Of a stretch of 64,000 nt of DNA, positions 11,234-22,640 are shown in pieces; within the stretch, counting starts at the first letter, position 1, and each line of letters begins with the position of its first letter. The notes under the pieces are model-generated. The model did not search any database. It was not told the origin of the DNA and worked only from the letters and a program-made list of their open reading frames with translations. Source of the stretch: Pachysolen tannophilus NRRL Y-2460 (taxonomy: Eukaryota); contig KV454016.1 of NCBI GenBank assembly GCA_001661245.1, positions 730,648-794,647 on the forward strand, written 5' to 3'. Both the position numbers and the translations under genes were made by a program.

Positions 11234-13226
11234 AAATTATAAAACAAAAAATTTAATATAATAATAATATGAAAAAAAAAGTCCTCTTTTATGGTCAAAA
11301 AAAAAATTAATAAAAACAACAAAACAAAACAAATGAAAAAACCTTAAGATAATTTAAACTTGATTAAGCAGTATGATGAATGATTATGATAATAAATGAT
11401 GAAAAAAAAAAAAAAAAAAAATTCTCCAGCAACAATACAGTACAATAATAATAACCTTGATATTAAAAAAATGTTCTTTTAAATGGTTTCCTTCCCACTA
11501 ACCAAGGATATGAAGGAAAATAAAAAGAAAATAAAAAAAAAAAAAAAGTTAAATCTTAAAAGCAATAACGTATAATGATTAATAAAGTCTTTTTTGTTTT
11601 TCAAATAATAAATATATCTATCTATATTTTTTATCTTTTATGAGAATCACTTCAAAAATTTAAAAATTTAAAAATTAAAAAAAAAAAAAAAACAAATAAA
11701 GGAATGATATGATTTCGTTTTATGAAAGGAAAGGACTGATACTTTTTTCAAAAGAAAAACAATTAATGAAGTGTTAATTGATGGATAAATTATTGATTAT
11801 TTTTAAATATATATATAAATATATATATATATATTTATATATATATTTATTATTAAAGCGATCTCGTGAAATTGCTTTGTACCTTAAATTTTTCTTCTTT
11901 TTTTTTTAAATTTTTTTTTTTTGATTTTTTCTAAACTTCTGGCAGTTTCTCCGCTGTCGACTAAAGAAAATACAGTAAAACAGTTAAAACTGATATAATA
12001 TATATATATATATATATAAAGATATATAAAGATATAAATATATAGAAATATTGATTAATATTATTACTAAGACTTAATTACAGTTTGAATATAAATAAAA
12101 TAACAGATCTATCTATCTAAGTTCAAATAAAACGTAAAATAGTTAAAAATTATTTATTTTATCTACAACAAGTATACATTTTAAAATCCGTTTATTAATA
12201 ATTATTACTACTTACTTCATCAGGTAACTGTTTGCCCATTTTATTGCTTGCAGCTTCTGCAAAGACGGACAAAATATTAATACAACAAATATGAAAATGG
12301 ACATGAAAAGGGGCCATTTTGGATTTATAATATATATATATATATTTATATGAGAAAAGAGATAAGAAAGTAAAATGATCTTCCTTTTTTTTTCTTTTTA
12401 ACTCATTTAACATGATTTTAGTAAATAAACAGTGGTAATTATGATGTTTTTGGAAGATTGACATAATAATGGTATTATTAATAATAAAATGTATGCAGTA
12501 AATAAAGTTAGTACTTGCACCAAAATTGTAACCTTTTTTTTTATATATATATATTTCTTTATTTATTTTTATTTTATTTAAATTTAATTTCTATCCACGG
12601 TTATTGGTTATTAACGGTTTACTTGGTTTATTTGGTTTATTAATCCATTGCTATTTTAACATTCTTGGCTTTTTAATCTGTAATACCATGCAGCAATTAT
12701 TTCCTGTCTTGGTTTTTTTTTTTTTTTTTTTTTTTTCTCTTATATCACTCTATTGGATAAATCCTAATTTTCTTATTTTATATCGTAAATCAGATTGATC
12801 TTCAATTACTTTAACTAGGTTGTTTTATTTTTTTTAAAAAAAAAAAGAAGAGTTTTTAATTGATACCGCTAATGCAGTTTTTTAAATAAAAAAAAAGAAT
12901 AGTACAAAGAGACTCATACTTTAAATGAAAAAATGAGTTAGTGTTTGTCAATCAACTTTGTTAAGTCTTTTCCATTCATAATCATCATCACAAGGTGAAT
13001 GGTTTTTTTTTTCTTTTTTTTTTTTTTTTTTTTTTAGAAATATGATTTTCAGTTATATGCAGGAACTCTTTTTATGTCTTTTATTTCTTATTAATTTGTC
13101 CTTTTTTTTTGTCTTAGCCAAAAGATGTTTCAAAGTCAAAGTTTATCAGTAGAGAAAATAAAAATAAAAAAAGAAAAAAAAAAATTTTATATAATAATAA
13201 TCATGGCAATGGCTATTGATGATTAA

Positions 13227-14255
13227 TTAAAAGATTATCGTTTTTAAAATACTTGATAAATTATTAGAAATTTGTAATGATAAATCAATTTTTTCATTTT
13301 CATTTTCAATTTTATTTTCATTAAAGAACCGATAAATTTTTTTAAAAAAATTTTGTCTTTTAATCATTACAATTGGATAATATCTTGCTGTTGAACCAGT
13401 TAAACTATCTCTTAAATCCAATTCATCTATTTTAATCCATTGAAATTTTTTAATCAAATAATCTTGTAAAATTTTATTATTATTTAAATTACCAATTGAA
13501 GGAATAATTATAATTTTTAATTCATCTTGTAATTGTTTTAAATTTATTTCTTCAATTAAATGTATTCCAAATTCAGGATTATAATTTTCTTGTCTAGTAT
13601 CAAAAATTGAAGTACCAGAATTTGTAATATATATATGAATATACAATTTTTCATTATTATTATTAATTTTTTCAATTTTTTCAAATTTTTGTAAATTATT
13701 AATTTCAATAGTTTTAGTAAATGTAATATTTAATAATTCAAAATCTGGTGTAGATTCAATTAATGATTGAGGTTCAAAATCTTGAGATTCATTATTTATA
13801 TAAATTCTAACATCAACATAACTTGAACTTGAATTCTCATTTATAGGCCATCTTGGTACTAAATATTTTGGTTCAATTATAGAATTATTATAAATCCATC
13901 CTTGAACATTGAAAACTTCTTTATTTAATAATTTTTCATTTCCTTGATCATCATAATCAGTTAATGTTAAAATTCTATTACAAAGTTTTTCTGGTTTTAC
14001 AATCTTTATAAATTTTTGATCTTCAATATTACCAGCTTGAATAAAACTTGTTGGATCTTGAAAATTTAAATTATTAGCTTCACCACCAATCATTAAATCT
14101 TCTGGTTTAACGAAAAAATATCCAACCATAAAATTAACTCCTAAAAACAGGAAAAGAAATAAAATTGTTGGCTTTAATGAAGCAATTAAAGCGGGAAATG
14201 TCTCCGTCCCCGCTGATTGCTGTTGTTGTTGTTGATGATGATGATTGCCTGACAT
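13227..14255 (-). CDS. Membrane protein resembling the N-terminal lumenal half of CLPTM1-family proteins (~342 aa)
   Basis: One N-terminal TM (ILFLFLFLGVNFMVGYFF); segments PRWP..VDVRIYI, KLYIHIYITNSG and RDSLTGSTARYYPIV resemble fungal CLPTM1-like sequences; no C-terminal TM bundle. Confidence 0.5.
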   Translation of the reverse strand: MSGNHHHQQQQQQSAGTETFPALIASLKPTILFLFLFLGVNFMVGYFFVKPEDLMIGGEANNLNFQDPTSFIQAGNIEDQKFIKIVKPEKLCNRILTLTDYDDQGNEKLLNKEVFNVQGWIYNNSIIEPKYLVPRWPINENSSSSYVDVRIYINNESQDFEPQSLIESTPDFELLNITFTKTIEINNLQKFEKIEKINNNNEKLYIHIYITNSGTSIFDTRQENYNPEFGIHLIEEINLKQLQDELKIIIIPSIGNLNNNKILQDYLIKKFQWIKIDELDLRDSLTGSTARYYPIVMIKRQNFFKKIYRFFNENKIENENEKIDLSLQISNNLSSILKTIIF

Positions 14256-14611
14256 CTTTAAGATAATCAAATTAATAAATATAATTATCTAAAATTTATA
14301 TATTTATATATATATATATAAATAAATAAATATATAAATTGGTGGTTGCTTTTAGTGGGTTCCTCGGAGCTCGGTCTTTTCCTATTTTTTTGGGTTTTTT
14401 TTGGGGTTTTTTTTTCGTTCAAAATCTCTAATGTGTAAATGAAAATAAAGTAATATATTACACGATGGCTATTCATAAATTATTTATTTAATTATCCATT
14501 TATTGATTTATTATAATTTTGAATTCTTATTCTTACTTATTATTATTATTATTATTATTAGTATTATCAAGTTTTCTTTTTTTTCTTTTTTTTTGAATTG
14601 ACGTCGGCGAT

Positions 14612-15295
14612 ATGAGTACTCCAGATCCTCCTGATAAAAGAGTTTGTGTATTTTGTGGATCTTCATTTGGTACTAAACAAATATTTCAAGATCTGACTTC
14701 TGAATTAGGTGCAAAATTAGCTGAAAAAGGGTATGGTATTGTGTATGGAGGTGGTACTACAGGATTAATGGGAGTTTTGGCCAAGAGTGCAGTATCAAAC
14801 AATGGTTATGTTCATGGTATTATACCAGATGCTCTTATTAGTAGAGAAAGAGCACCAAGTGAAGAAGAAGAAGTTAATGAAAAATTAAAACAATCTGTGG
14901 AAAATCATAATGGAACTACTCCTGTACCTGATGAGACAAAATATGGTACAACAACAATTGTATCGGATATGCATTCGAGAAAGCGTATGATGGGTAAAGA
15001 AGCAAATTGTGGATTTATCGCATTACCAGGTGGTTATGGTACTTTTGAAGAATTATTGGAAGTTACAACTTGGAATCAATTGGGTATCCATCAAAAGCCA
15101 ATTATTATTTTCAACATTGATGGTTTCTATGATGGCTTTGTAAAATTCATTCAAAATTCAATTGAAAATGGGTTTATCTCAAAAAGTAATGGTAGTATAA
15201 TTGTCGTTGCTAACACTGTTGACGAAGTTATCTTTGGTATCGAAAATTATGTCGTTGCAGATGGAAGATTCGGGTTAAACTGGACTAACCAATAA
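14612..15295 (+). CDS. LOG1: LOG-family nucleotide phosphoribohydrolase (YJL055W/Log1-like)
   Basis: VCVFCGSS, VYGGGTTGLMG, MHSRKRMM, PGGYGTFEE (PGGxGTxxE), WNQLGIHQKP. Confidence 0.9.
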   Translation: MSTPDPPDKRVCVFCGSSFGTKQIFQDLTSELGAKLAEKGYGIVYGGGTTGLMGVLAKSAVSNNGYVHGIIPDALISRERAPSEEEEVNEKLKQSVENHNGTTPVPDETKYGTTTIVSDMHSRKRMMGKEANCGFIALPGGYGTFEELLEVTTWNQLGIHQKPIIIFNIDGFYDGFVKFIQNSIENGFISKSNGSIIVVANTVDEVIFGIENYVVADGRFGLNWTNQ

Positions 15296-15815
15296 AATGG
15301 CTGTATTCTTTTTTTTTTTTTTTTTGGTTATTGTTTTTTTTTATTACCTTCTCTGTTGAGTGTTTTTATATAAAAACTTATATAAATATATATATATCTG
15401 TTTACAAAATGTTGATAAAAATAAATAAATACATGCGTAAACTTAAAACTGATATAAAATTATAATGAAATCAAGAACCTCATTAATCGACTTGAATAAA
15501 GCTACGAGTTACTCAACATCTTAATATTTTTTTAGCACATATTTTCCAATATTTCTCTCTTATCAACCATTACTCAACTTGAAAACTTGAGTAAGTTGAA
15601 GATATTTCCTTTTTAGGAAAAGGTAATGAGTTTCTGTAATTATGTATGTACTACTTGCAGAATACAAATTTTTTAGTTATCTAGACTCAGGATCAGGACT
15701 TTGGACTGTTTGTAGTTAGTTATTTATTTGAACTGACTTAACCACTTTTTATTCTATAAAATTACTGCCTGGTTTATTGAATTTTGTCTTGGTTTAGTGG
15801 GTTGTATTGTTTTCT

Positions 15816-18284
15816 ATGAAGTTTTCACATTCTTTGCAATTTAACGCTGTTCCCGAATGGAAAGAACATTATTTGAACTATCCAAGTTTGAAAAAACTTA
15901 TTTATTCTTTGGCAAATGGTAACCCACAATCACAAACAGATTCAAACCCAAGATCAAAATATAAAAATTTTAAATTAAAAAATTGTAAGGACATAGTTCC
16001 AAGCAAAAATTTAAACTTGAAAGATGGAAATAGTTTTGTAATTCAATCATTTCTAGAGGAACTAAAAAATGAGTTATTTAAAATTGATAATTTTTACAAA
16101 ACAAACGAACAGAAGATATATGATCAATTTAATTGTTTACTACATGATTTAGAAAGAACTGAAGAAACAATCTTTGAAAAAGAGACAAATTTTAAAAATA
16201 AGGAAGATGAATCGTCTTTTTCCAAATCATTTCTAGAATCAACAAGTAATTGTGAAGTTGAAATTGAAATTGAAAATCAAAATGAAAATGAAAATCCAGA
16301 AGTGGTTAAAATACAACAGTTTTTATCAGAAACAACGTTATTAGACGATTCTGATTTACATGTTAATACTCAAGAAAAAATTAAATTAAAGAAAACAACA
16401 ACTTATTTATTTATCTTATTGTCAGAAGTTAAATCTTTCATTGAATTGAATAGGATTGGCTTCAATAAAATTGCTAAAAAATTTGATAAGGTTTTCAAAA
16501 GTTCTGTTAAAGTTGATTTCATTGATAACGGTTTATTTTTCGAAAAATGTTATATTTTCCAGGATTCTACTTTACAATTTTTAGAAAAAAAGCTTGAACA
16601 AGTATGCGAAATATATTGGAAGTTGACTGATAAACAAGGAAATTTGGATGATTGTAGGATAGAATTGAAAAAAAATTTAAAAGAACATATAATTTGGGAA
16701 AGAAATACTGTTTGGAAAAACATTATTTCTTTGGAAAGACAAAAAAATGATTTCAATATTAGAGGACAGCCTATATTGATAGGTGATGAAGTTAAATTAA
16801 ATGAATTGAATAATTTAGAAACTCTTGTATTAACATTACCATTTCCTATTTTCATAATCGACCAAATAAAAATTCCAAAGTTTTTATATGGATGGAAGGC
16901 ATTAAAATTAGTAATTATAATAATTATCACTAGTTTATTGTTGGCAATTGAAACAGTTAAAGATCAAGAACAACGTAGATGTATTGCACTTTTAACATGT
17001 GTTGTACTAATGTGGATTACCGAAGTTTTACCATTATTTGTCACAGCTATTTTAGTTCCGTTTTTGGTTGTTGTTTTTGGTGTGTTGAAAGATGATGAAA
17101 ATGGGAATGCAATGCCAGCATTTGCTGCATCTCGTTTTATTTTTGGAACTATGTGGTCCTCAACGATTATGTTACTTTTAGGTGGGTTTACACTTGCTGC
17201 TGCATTATCAAAATATGACATTACTAAGATTCTAAGCTCTAACGTTTTAGCCCTTGCAGGTACAAACCCCAAGAATGTAATCTTTGCTATCATGTTTGTT
17301 GCTGCATTTTTATCAATGTGGATTTCAAATGTAGCTGCACCTGTTTTATGTTTTTCATTTTGTGAAGATTTAATAAAAAGTCAACCAGCTAATTCCCCAT
17401 TTATTAAAGCTATGATACTTGGTGTGGCATTTGCTTCAAATATAGGTGGCATGATTTCACCTATAGCTTCACCACAAAATATGATTGCTATGGAGTATAT
17501 GGATCCAAATCCAGGATGGGGGAAATGGTTCAGTATAGCAATTCCTGTATCTTTATTATCACTTTTAGCAAATTGGTTATTAATTATTTATACTTTTAAA
17601 ATTTCAACAGATAGGATTAAACCATATAAGTATATTAGTTGCAATTTTAATTTCAATCAATGGTTAGTATGTTTGGTAACAGTGACTACAATTTTGTTAT
17701 GGTGTCTTATGACAAAGATACAAACATCGTTAGGTGAATCTGGACAAGTTTCAATCATTCCAATTGTAATTTTTTATGGATTAGGTATTTTAAAACCTGA
17801 AGATATTTGTAATTACCCTTGGCCAATTGTTATTTTAGCAATGGGTGGAATTGCATTGGGTAAAGCTGTTTCTTCTTCAGGATTATTAAAATCAATTGCT
17901 GTTAGTTTACAACCAAATCTTGTTGGATTTAATATTTATTTAATTACTTTAATACTTTGTCTAATGATATTGGTAATGGCTACATTTATATCTCATACGG
18001 TTGCCGTATTAATAACAGCACCATTATTTAAAGAGATTGGAAATTCTTTACCTAAAAAACATTCATCATTATTGTTAATGGGAGCTGCATTAATTGCGTC
18101 TGCTGCAATGGCATTACCGACTTCAGGGTTCCCAAATATAACTGCAATTTCAATGACAGATGAAGTTGGAAGGCCAATATTGAGTGTGAATACATTTATA
18201 ACTAGAGGAATTCCTGCAAGTTTAATTTGTTTTATATGCATAATAACAGTTGGATATGGTATTATGATTGGTATTGGATTTTAA
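15816..18284 (+). CDS. SPX-domain low-affinity phosphate transporter (Pho87/Pho90/Pho91 family)
   Basis: Starts MKFSHSLQFNAVPEW (SPX), KIAKKFDK; SLC13-type permease motifs SMWISNVAAPVL, ASNIGGMISPIASPQN, LPTSGFPN. Paralogue not resolved. Confidence 0.9.
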   Translation: MKFSHSLQFNAVPEWKEHYLNYPSLKKLIYSLANGNPQSQTDSNPRSKYKNFKLKNCKDIVPSKNLNLKDGNSFVIQSFLEELKNELFKIDNFYKTNEQKIYDQFNCLLHDLERTEETIFEKETNFKNKEDESSFSKSFLESTSNCEVEIEIENQNENENPEVVKIQQFLSETTLLDDSDLHVNTQEKIKLKKTTTYLFILLSEVKSFIELNRIGFNKIAKKFDKVFKSSVKVDFIDNGLFFEKCYIFQDSTLQFLEKKLEQVCEIYWKLTDKQGNLDDCRIELKKNLKEHIIWERNTVWKNIISLERQKNDFNIRGQPILIGDEVKLNELNNLETLVLTLPFPIFIIDQIKIPKFLYGWKALKLVIIIIITSLLLAIETVKDQEQRRCIALLTCVVLMWITEVLPLFVTAILVPFLVVVFGVLKDDENGNAMPAFAASRFIFGTMWSSTIMLLLGGFTLAAALSKYDITKILSSNVLALAGTNPKNVIFAIMFVAAFLSMWISNVAAPVLCFSFCEDLIKSQPANSPFIKAMILGVAFASNIGGMISPIASPQNMIAMEYMDPNPGWGKWFSIAIPVSLLSLLANWLLIIYTFKISTDRIKPYKYISCNFNFNQWLVCLVTVTTILLWCLMTKIQTSLGESGQVSIIPIVIFYGLGILKPEDICNYPWPIVILAMGGIALGKAVSSSGLLKSIAVSLQPNLVGFNIYLITLILCLMILVMATFISHTVAVLITAPLFKEIGNSLPKKHSSLLLMGAALIASAAMALPTSGFPNITAISMTDEVGRPILSVNTFITRGIPASLICFICIITVGYGIMIGIGF

Positions 18285-18389
18285 ATTTAATCAAAAACAA
18301 ACAAAATAAAATGAAATAAAATCAAATAAAAAAAAAGTAAATGGAATAAAATCAATTATATTTTTATATAAATATTATGTATTTTTATT

Positions 18390-19445
18390 TTAAAAATAAT
18401 CTTCAGCTTCATAAACTTTAATATAATCGATACTATCAACGCATTGAGAAACTGTTAATTGATCATCACCAATAACTTTATTAACTTCAATTGCAGCATT
18501 AACAGTTTTTATAGCACCATCATGTTCCAAAATCAAACCTTTTGGTGGATTTGATCTTGATTTCCATCTTTTAACATCATTAATAATATCTTGTTCTGTT
18601 CTTTCCTTTGGATTAGATTCCAATTTCCAATCAAATGAATCATAATCCCATAATACTGCTTGCATACCAAATTGTCTTGTAATTGCTCTAACTCTATTAT
18701 CAATACCACCATATGGTGGTCTATACCATTTTGGTAAATGATGACCAGTTGCATTCATTGCCCAAATTGACCATTCAAATTGAGCAACTAATTGTTCATT
18801 AGTTAAAGATGGTAAAAAAGGATGAGACCAAGTATGTGACAGTAAAAGATGACCTCTTGCTTGAATCATTTTATAAATTTCAGGAAATCTAACAACATTA
18901 ATACCTAAAGTGAAAAAAGTTGTTTTATGATTTAAATTTTCTAATAATTTAGGTGTTGCAGGTGAAGGACCATCATCAAAAGTTTGAGACATTTTTGGAC
19001 AAGTATAAGCATCATCAAAACTAACACATTTATAACAATCAAATGAACATGATGATCTATCTTGAGGACAAACACCTTGTTGATGTGGCGGAATATCTTT
19101 TGGAACCAGATTCATATCTATAAAATCTAATGGAATATAAGGTGGATCCATTCCTGGCCACAGAGTAAGACCAGTAAATTCAGTTAACCATGTTGGGAAA
19201 GGTTCTTGTGCTAATAAATGTGGTTGGAAACCAACTGCATCAGAAACCCCATTATTAAAAGAAAAATCATTATAATTATTATTATTAGTAGTAGTAGTTG
19301 TACTATCACTAAAACCAGGTCTTAAATATTCTTGAATAAATTCATTTTCTTCTTGCACTTGAGGTTGTGCTTGTACTTGTGCATGTACTCGAATTTTTAA
19401 TAATACAATTGATAAAATTGTACATAATATTAACATTTTTAACAT
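18390..19445 (-). CDS. Secreted chitin deacetylase (CE4; Cda1/Cda2-like)
   Basis: Signal peptide; CE4 motifs TFDDGP, SHTWSHP, RPPYG, DSFDW, LEHD. Confidence 0.93.
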   Translation of the reverse strand: MLKMLILCTILSIVLLKIRVHAQVQAQPQVQEENEFIQEYLRPGFSDSTTTTTNNNNYNDFSFNNGVSDAVGFQPHLLAQEPFPTWLTEFTGLTLWPGMDPPYIPLDFIDMNLVPKDIPPHQQGVCPQDRSSCSFDCYKCVSFDDAYTCPKMSQTFDDGPSPATPKLLENLNHKTTFFTLGINVVRFPEIYKMIQARGHLLLSHTWSHPFLPSLTNEQLVAQFEWSIWAMNATGHHLPKWYRPPYGGIDNRVRAITRQFGMQAVLWDYDSFDWKLESNPKERTEQDIINDVKRWKSRSNPPKGLILEHDGAIKTVNAAIEVNKVIGDDQLTVSQCVDSIDYIKVYEAEDYF

Positions 19446-19487
19446 ATTGTTTGCTCTATATGCACTAATGGTAAAATAATCTTTCTA

Positions 19488-19533
<46 letters not shown>

Positions 19534-19998
19534 GGCTTTAAAAAGATGCAAACTTCAAAGAGTCCAGATCCGGGTCTTGATCTTAACCTATGATTAAAAA
19601 GAGGTAAGGTAAAAAGAAGAAAGAAAAAACAAAAAAAACAAAAAAAGGGAAAACAAAAAAGTAAATGTTAAAGATATCGCAGCAAAAGGTGGGGATGAAG
19701 CATAAACTGGTTTAAAAACATTTCAATAAATTTTTCTTTTATTTTCTTTGTTTTTTTTTTCTTGTTTTTGTGGTTTGTTTGTTTGATTGTTTGTTACTAT
19801 ATTAAATAAAACCAATATTTTAACTCTGCGAGAATATGCAAGTTTTTTTTTTTAAACATATTTTCAATGCTCATTGCCCAGCCGCATACCAAAATAAAAA
19901 AATAAAACCAAAAAAAATAGATTACGTAATCACTGAGCGCTTATTAAAAAGAGAAAGAGAGATGAGGAGCGCTTACATAAGAGGAAAAAAAAACACAC

Positions 19999-20054
19999 GA
20001 TAAAAAGATAGATAGATAGATAGATAGATAAAGAGATAAAGAGATAAAGAGATA
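19999..20054 (+). promoter_or_regulatory. (GATA)6 microsatellite plus (AAGAGATA)3; possible GATA-factor site array upstream of RTS3
   Basis: gata gata gata gata gata gata aagagata aagagata aagagata, giving multiple WGATAR matches ~750 bp upstream of the RTS3 ATG. Confidence 0.45.
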
Positions 20055-20794
20055 GAGGGTAACCTATTATTAGCAGAGCCATGATGTAACAGAGCCAACA
20101 AAGAGGTATTAAAACTTAGAATAATCATTTTAAATAAGTGTGTTTATTTAGCAGTACAGTATGTGTTTAACTATGAGTTAACTATGTATGCTATGAGTTA
20201 ACTATGCTATGGGTTCATTACGTGACACTATACTGTTGCCTCTTTTTTTTTCTTTTTCTTTTTCTTTTTTAATCTCTATACAGCGTTTTGCGGGGCTAAG
20301 CAGCGATTTTTGTTCCATTTTTTGAGTTTCTGGTCTTTTGCATCGCATCATTTTTTTTTTTATTTTTTTCTTTTGTTTTTGTTGTCTTTTTTTGTTCCCT
20401 CGTGCACCTGCAAACCTTGTCATCTCTTGCTAAAGCTAATTTATTATATTGCGCAATAATTTACAACAAAATGTGTGTTGTATTTAATAATAATAAATAT
20501 AATAATAATAATAATAATAAAAATAATAAGAAGAATGTTTACGAATTAAAAAAGAGGATTCTAGAACTAAAATACCTCATATTTGAAGGTTAAAAAAACA
20601 AAGTAAATAAAAGATCTTATCTTTTGTTTTTATTATACTTGTAATAAATTATTAATATTATTTATATATATATAATTATAATTATAAATATAATATATAT
20701 AATATATATATATAATTATATATAATTTATATTTATTTATAATAGTTTTGCTTTAATTTATATATGTATTTTGTTTTGTTTTGTTTTGTTTAGA

Positions 20795-22069
20795 ATGAGT
20801 TCAAGTATATCAAATTATGACCTGAATTGTCCTATGTCGCCGCAGCAAAGAACAAACAGACACAAGAGATCTTCTTCTTCGTTATCTACACCAGTAGTTA
20901 GTCAAAATGTTTCTACAATTTGTTCAGAAATTAGAACAGGCAAGAATCCATCACTTCCTTCATCATCAATTATACCGGCACGTTCGCCAGTAAGGTCTGG
21001 CGCTGGAAGCGCCGTTGGTTCGAATATTGGTGGTTCAAATATTAGTGGTACCAACTCCACTAATGCCAATGCTAACGCCACATTGAATTCAATGGGAAGT
21101 ATGGGTCCAAGTATGGCCCCAAGTACTGGCTTTGGCCCAAATTCTAACAATTGTACCAATAATTGTGCAATTACAGCGGCTGCTTCAACAGGTAATTCGG
21201 TTAATGCTGGTGTTTCAAATTATGGCAATGGCGCTATAAGTTCTAGAACACCTTTATCTTCAAACGCGTCAAGGCGATTATCAACATCATCGTCATTAGT
21301 AATTGACCCAGATAGTATGGCTCTTTCCAGTTATGGTTATAGAGTTCCGTCCTCATCTGCTGCTGCAACTCCAAATGCAATGGCACCGGTCTCTAGTACA
21401 ACTGCATCTGCAATGGATCCTGTAAGCTTGAAAGTTCCAAATAATATTAATAATAACAGTAATAACAATAACAATAATAACAATAATAACAATACCAGTA
21501 GTAATATTCCATCGTCATCGTCTACAGGTAATTTACTTTCACCACAAAAACATTCCTCTTTGGATAGAAGATTAAGTAATGAAGAATTGATCGATATTAT
21601 GGAAAAAGAACAAGATGCAATCGTACTTCGGTTGATGAAAGAAATAACTTCATTAAGAGAAGAAAATAAATCTTTGAAACAACAATTGAGTTCGAATTGT
21701 AATGGCAGTACTACTGTAGTCAATGGTGGTAGTGGGGCTGGTGGTTCTGGAACTCCAAGAGGATCTTTTTCAAGAGAACCTTCCAGTAGATCACATTCAA
21801 GAACTTCAACTTCTTCAACCTCAATCAGGTTTAATAACGTTAGCTATGGTGATATCGATTTCAATCAATTTCAAAGAGGTGGTTTAGCAAAAAGATCAAA
21901 TAATAATTCAAAAATTTTATTCAATGATAATTATAATTTGAATCCAGATTCTGGTGGAGGTCTCTCAAGTAATACAGACTCACCGCTATTAGCTTTGGAT
22001 ATTGGCGAATCAGCTACAACAGATGGCAATTCATCGGTACCAAGATCATTATTAACTACAGGCAATTGA
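20795..22069 (+). CDS. RTS3: Rts3-like PP2A/Sit4-associated protein, low-complexity S/N-rich (~424 aa)
   Basis: RRLSNEELIDIMEKEQDAIVLRLMKEITSLREENKSLKQQL closely matches the helix remembered from S. cerevisiae Rts3 (RRLSREEIINEMEKEQDAIVVRLLREIETLKEENSRLKNQL); also RRLSTSSS. Confidence 0.8.
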   Translation: MSSSISNYDLNCPMSPQQRTNRHKRSSSSLSTPVVSQNVSTICSEIRTGKNPSLPSSSIIPARSPVRSGAGSAVGSNIGGSNISGTNSTNANANATLNSMGSMGPSMAPSTGFGPNSNNCTNNCAITAAASTGNSVNAGVSNYGNGAISSRTPLSSNASRRLSTSSSLVIDPDSMALSSYGYRVPSSSAAATPNAMAPVSSTTASAMDPVSLKVPNNINNNSNNNNNNNNNNNTSSNIPSSSSTGNLLSPQKHSSLDRRLSNEELIDIMEKEQDAIVLRLMKEITSLREENKSLKQQLSSNCNGSTTVVNGGSGAGGSGTPRGSFSREPSSRSHSRTSTSSTSIRFNNVSYGDIDFNQFQRGGLAKRSNNNSKILFNDNYNLNPDSGGGLSSNTDSPLLALDIGESATTDGNSSVPRSLLTTGN

Positions 22070-22640
22070 AAAATCATTAAAAAACAAAAAAAATATATAT
22101 ATATAATTATCTTCAACAAAACAAAACAAAACAAAACAAAATTGAAAAAAAAAAATTACCTAAAAAAATGCTGCCTTTTTTTTTTTTTATTTTCATTTAT
22201 ATATTTTTTATATTTAACTTTCTTGCTACTTGCTTAGATTAATCAAGTGAACAAAATATTAATTTTTTGTTTCAATTTTTCTAGCATTTTTTGTCTATAT
22301 TATATTTGGGGTTTATAATCAGTTATACGGAGTTTGGAAAATAGGAAATTATTTCATAATTATTTTCTTATCAGAAGAAACATATAAAACATACTTTTTT
22401 TTTATTTTATTTATCATTTAGGTTTAGGATGCTTTTTTAATTATATTATATCTTTTATACCTTTTTTTTTTTCATATCTTCATTTAATACATATGTTTTT
22501 TCCACAATAGGAGAACCAGGAATAGATGAATGTAGAAGGTAAGAAATTAATTACAATTTTTATTAATTGTTTTTTCTGATATTAAATTTGAATTTCTAGT
22601 AGAGCGACTTTATAAACCAAAACTATAACTATAAATAAAA

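Noticed and set aside
12195..12919. Spliced small gene upstream of PBS2 (minus-strand GTATGA at 12919, TACTAAC at 12513, GTAAGT at ~12215)
   Set aside because: The first AG is ~100 nt from the branch motif and no coherent coding exons result.
19765..19773. Ndt80 MSE (CCACAAAAA on minus) upstream of the chitin deacetylase
   Set aside because: Biologically plausible, but it sits in a T/G low-complexity tract where the match is expected by chance.
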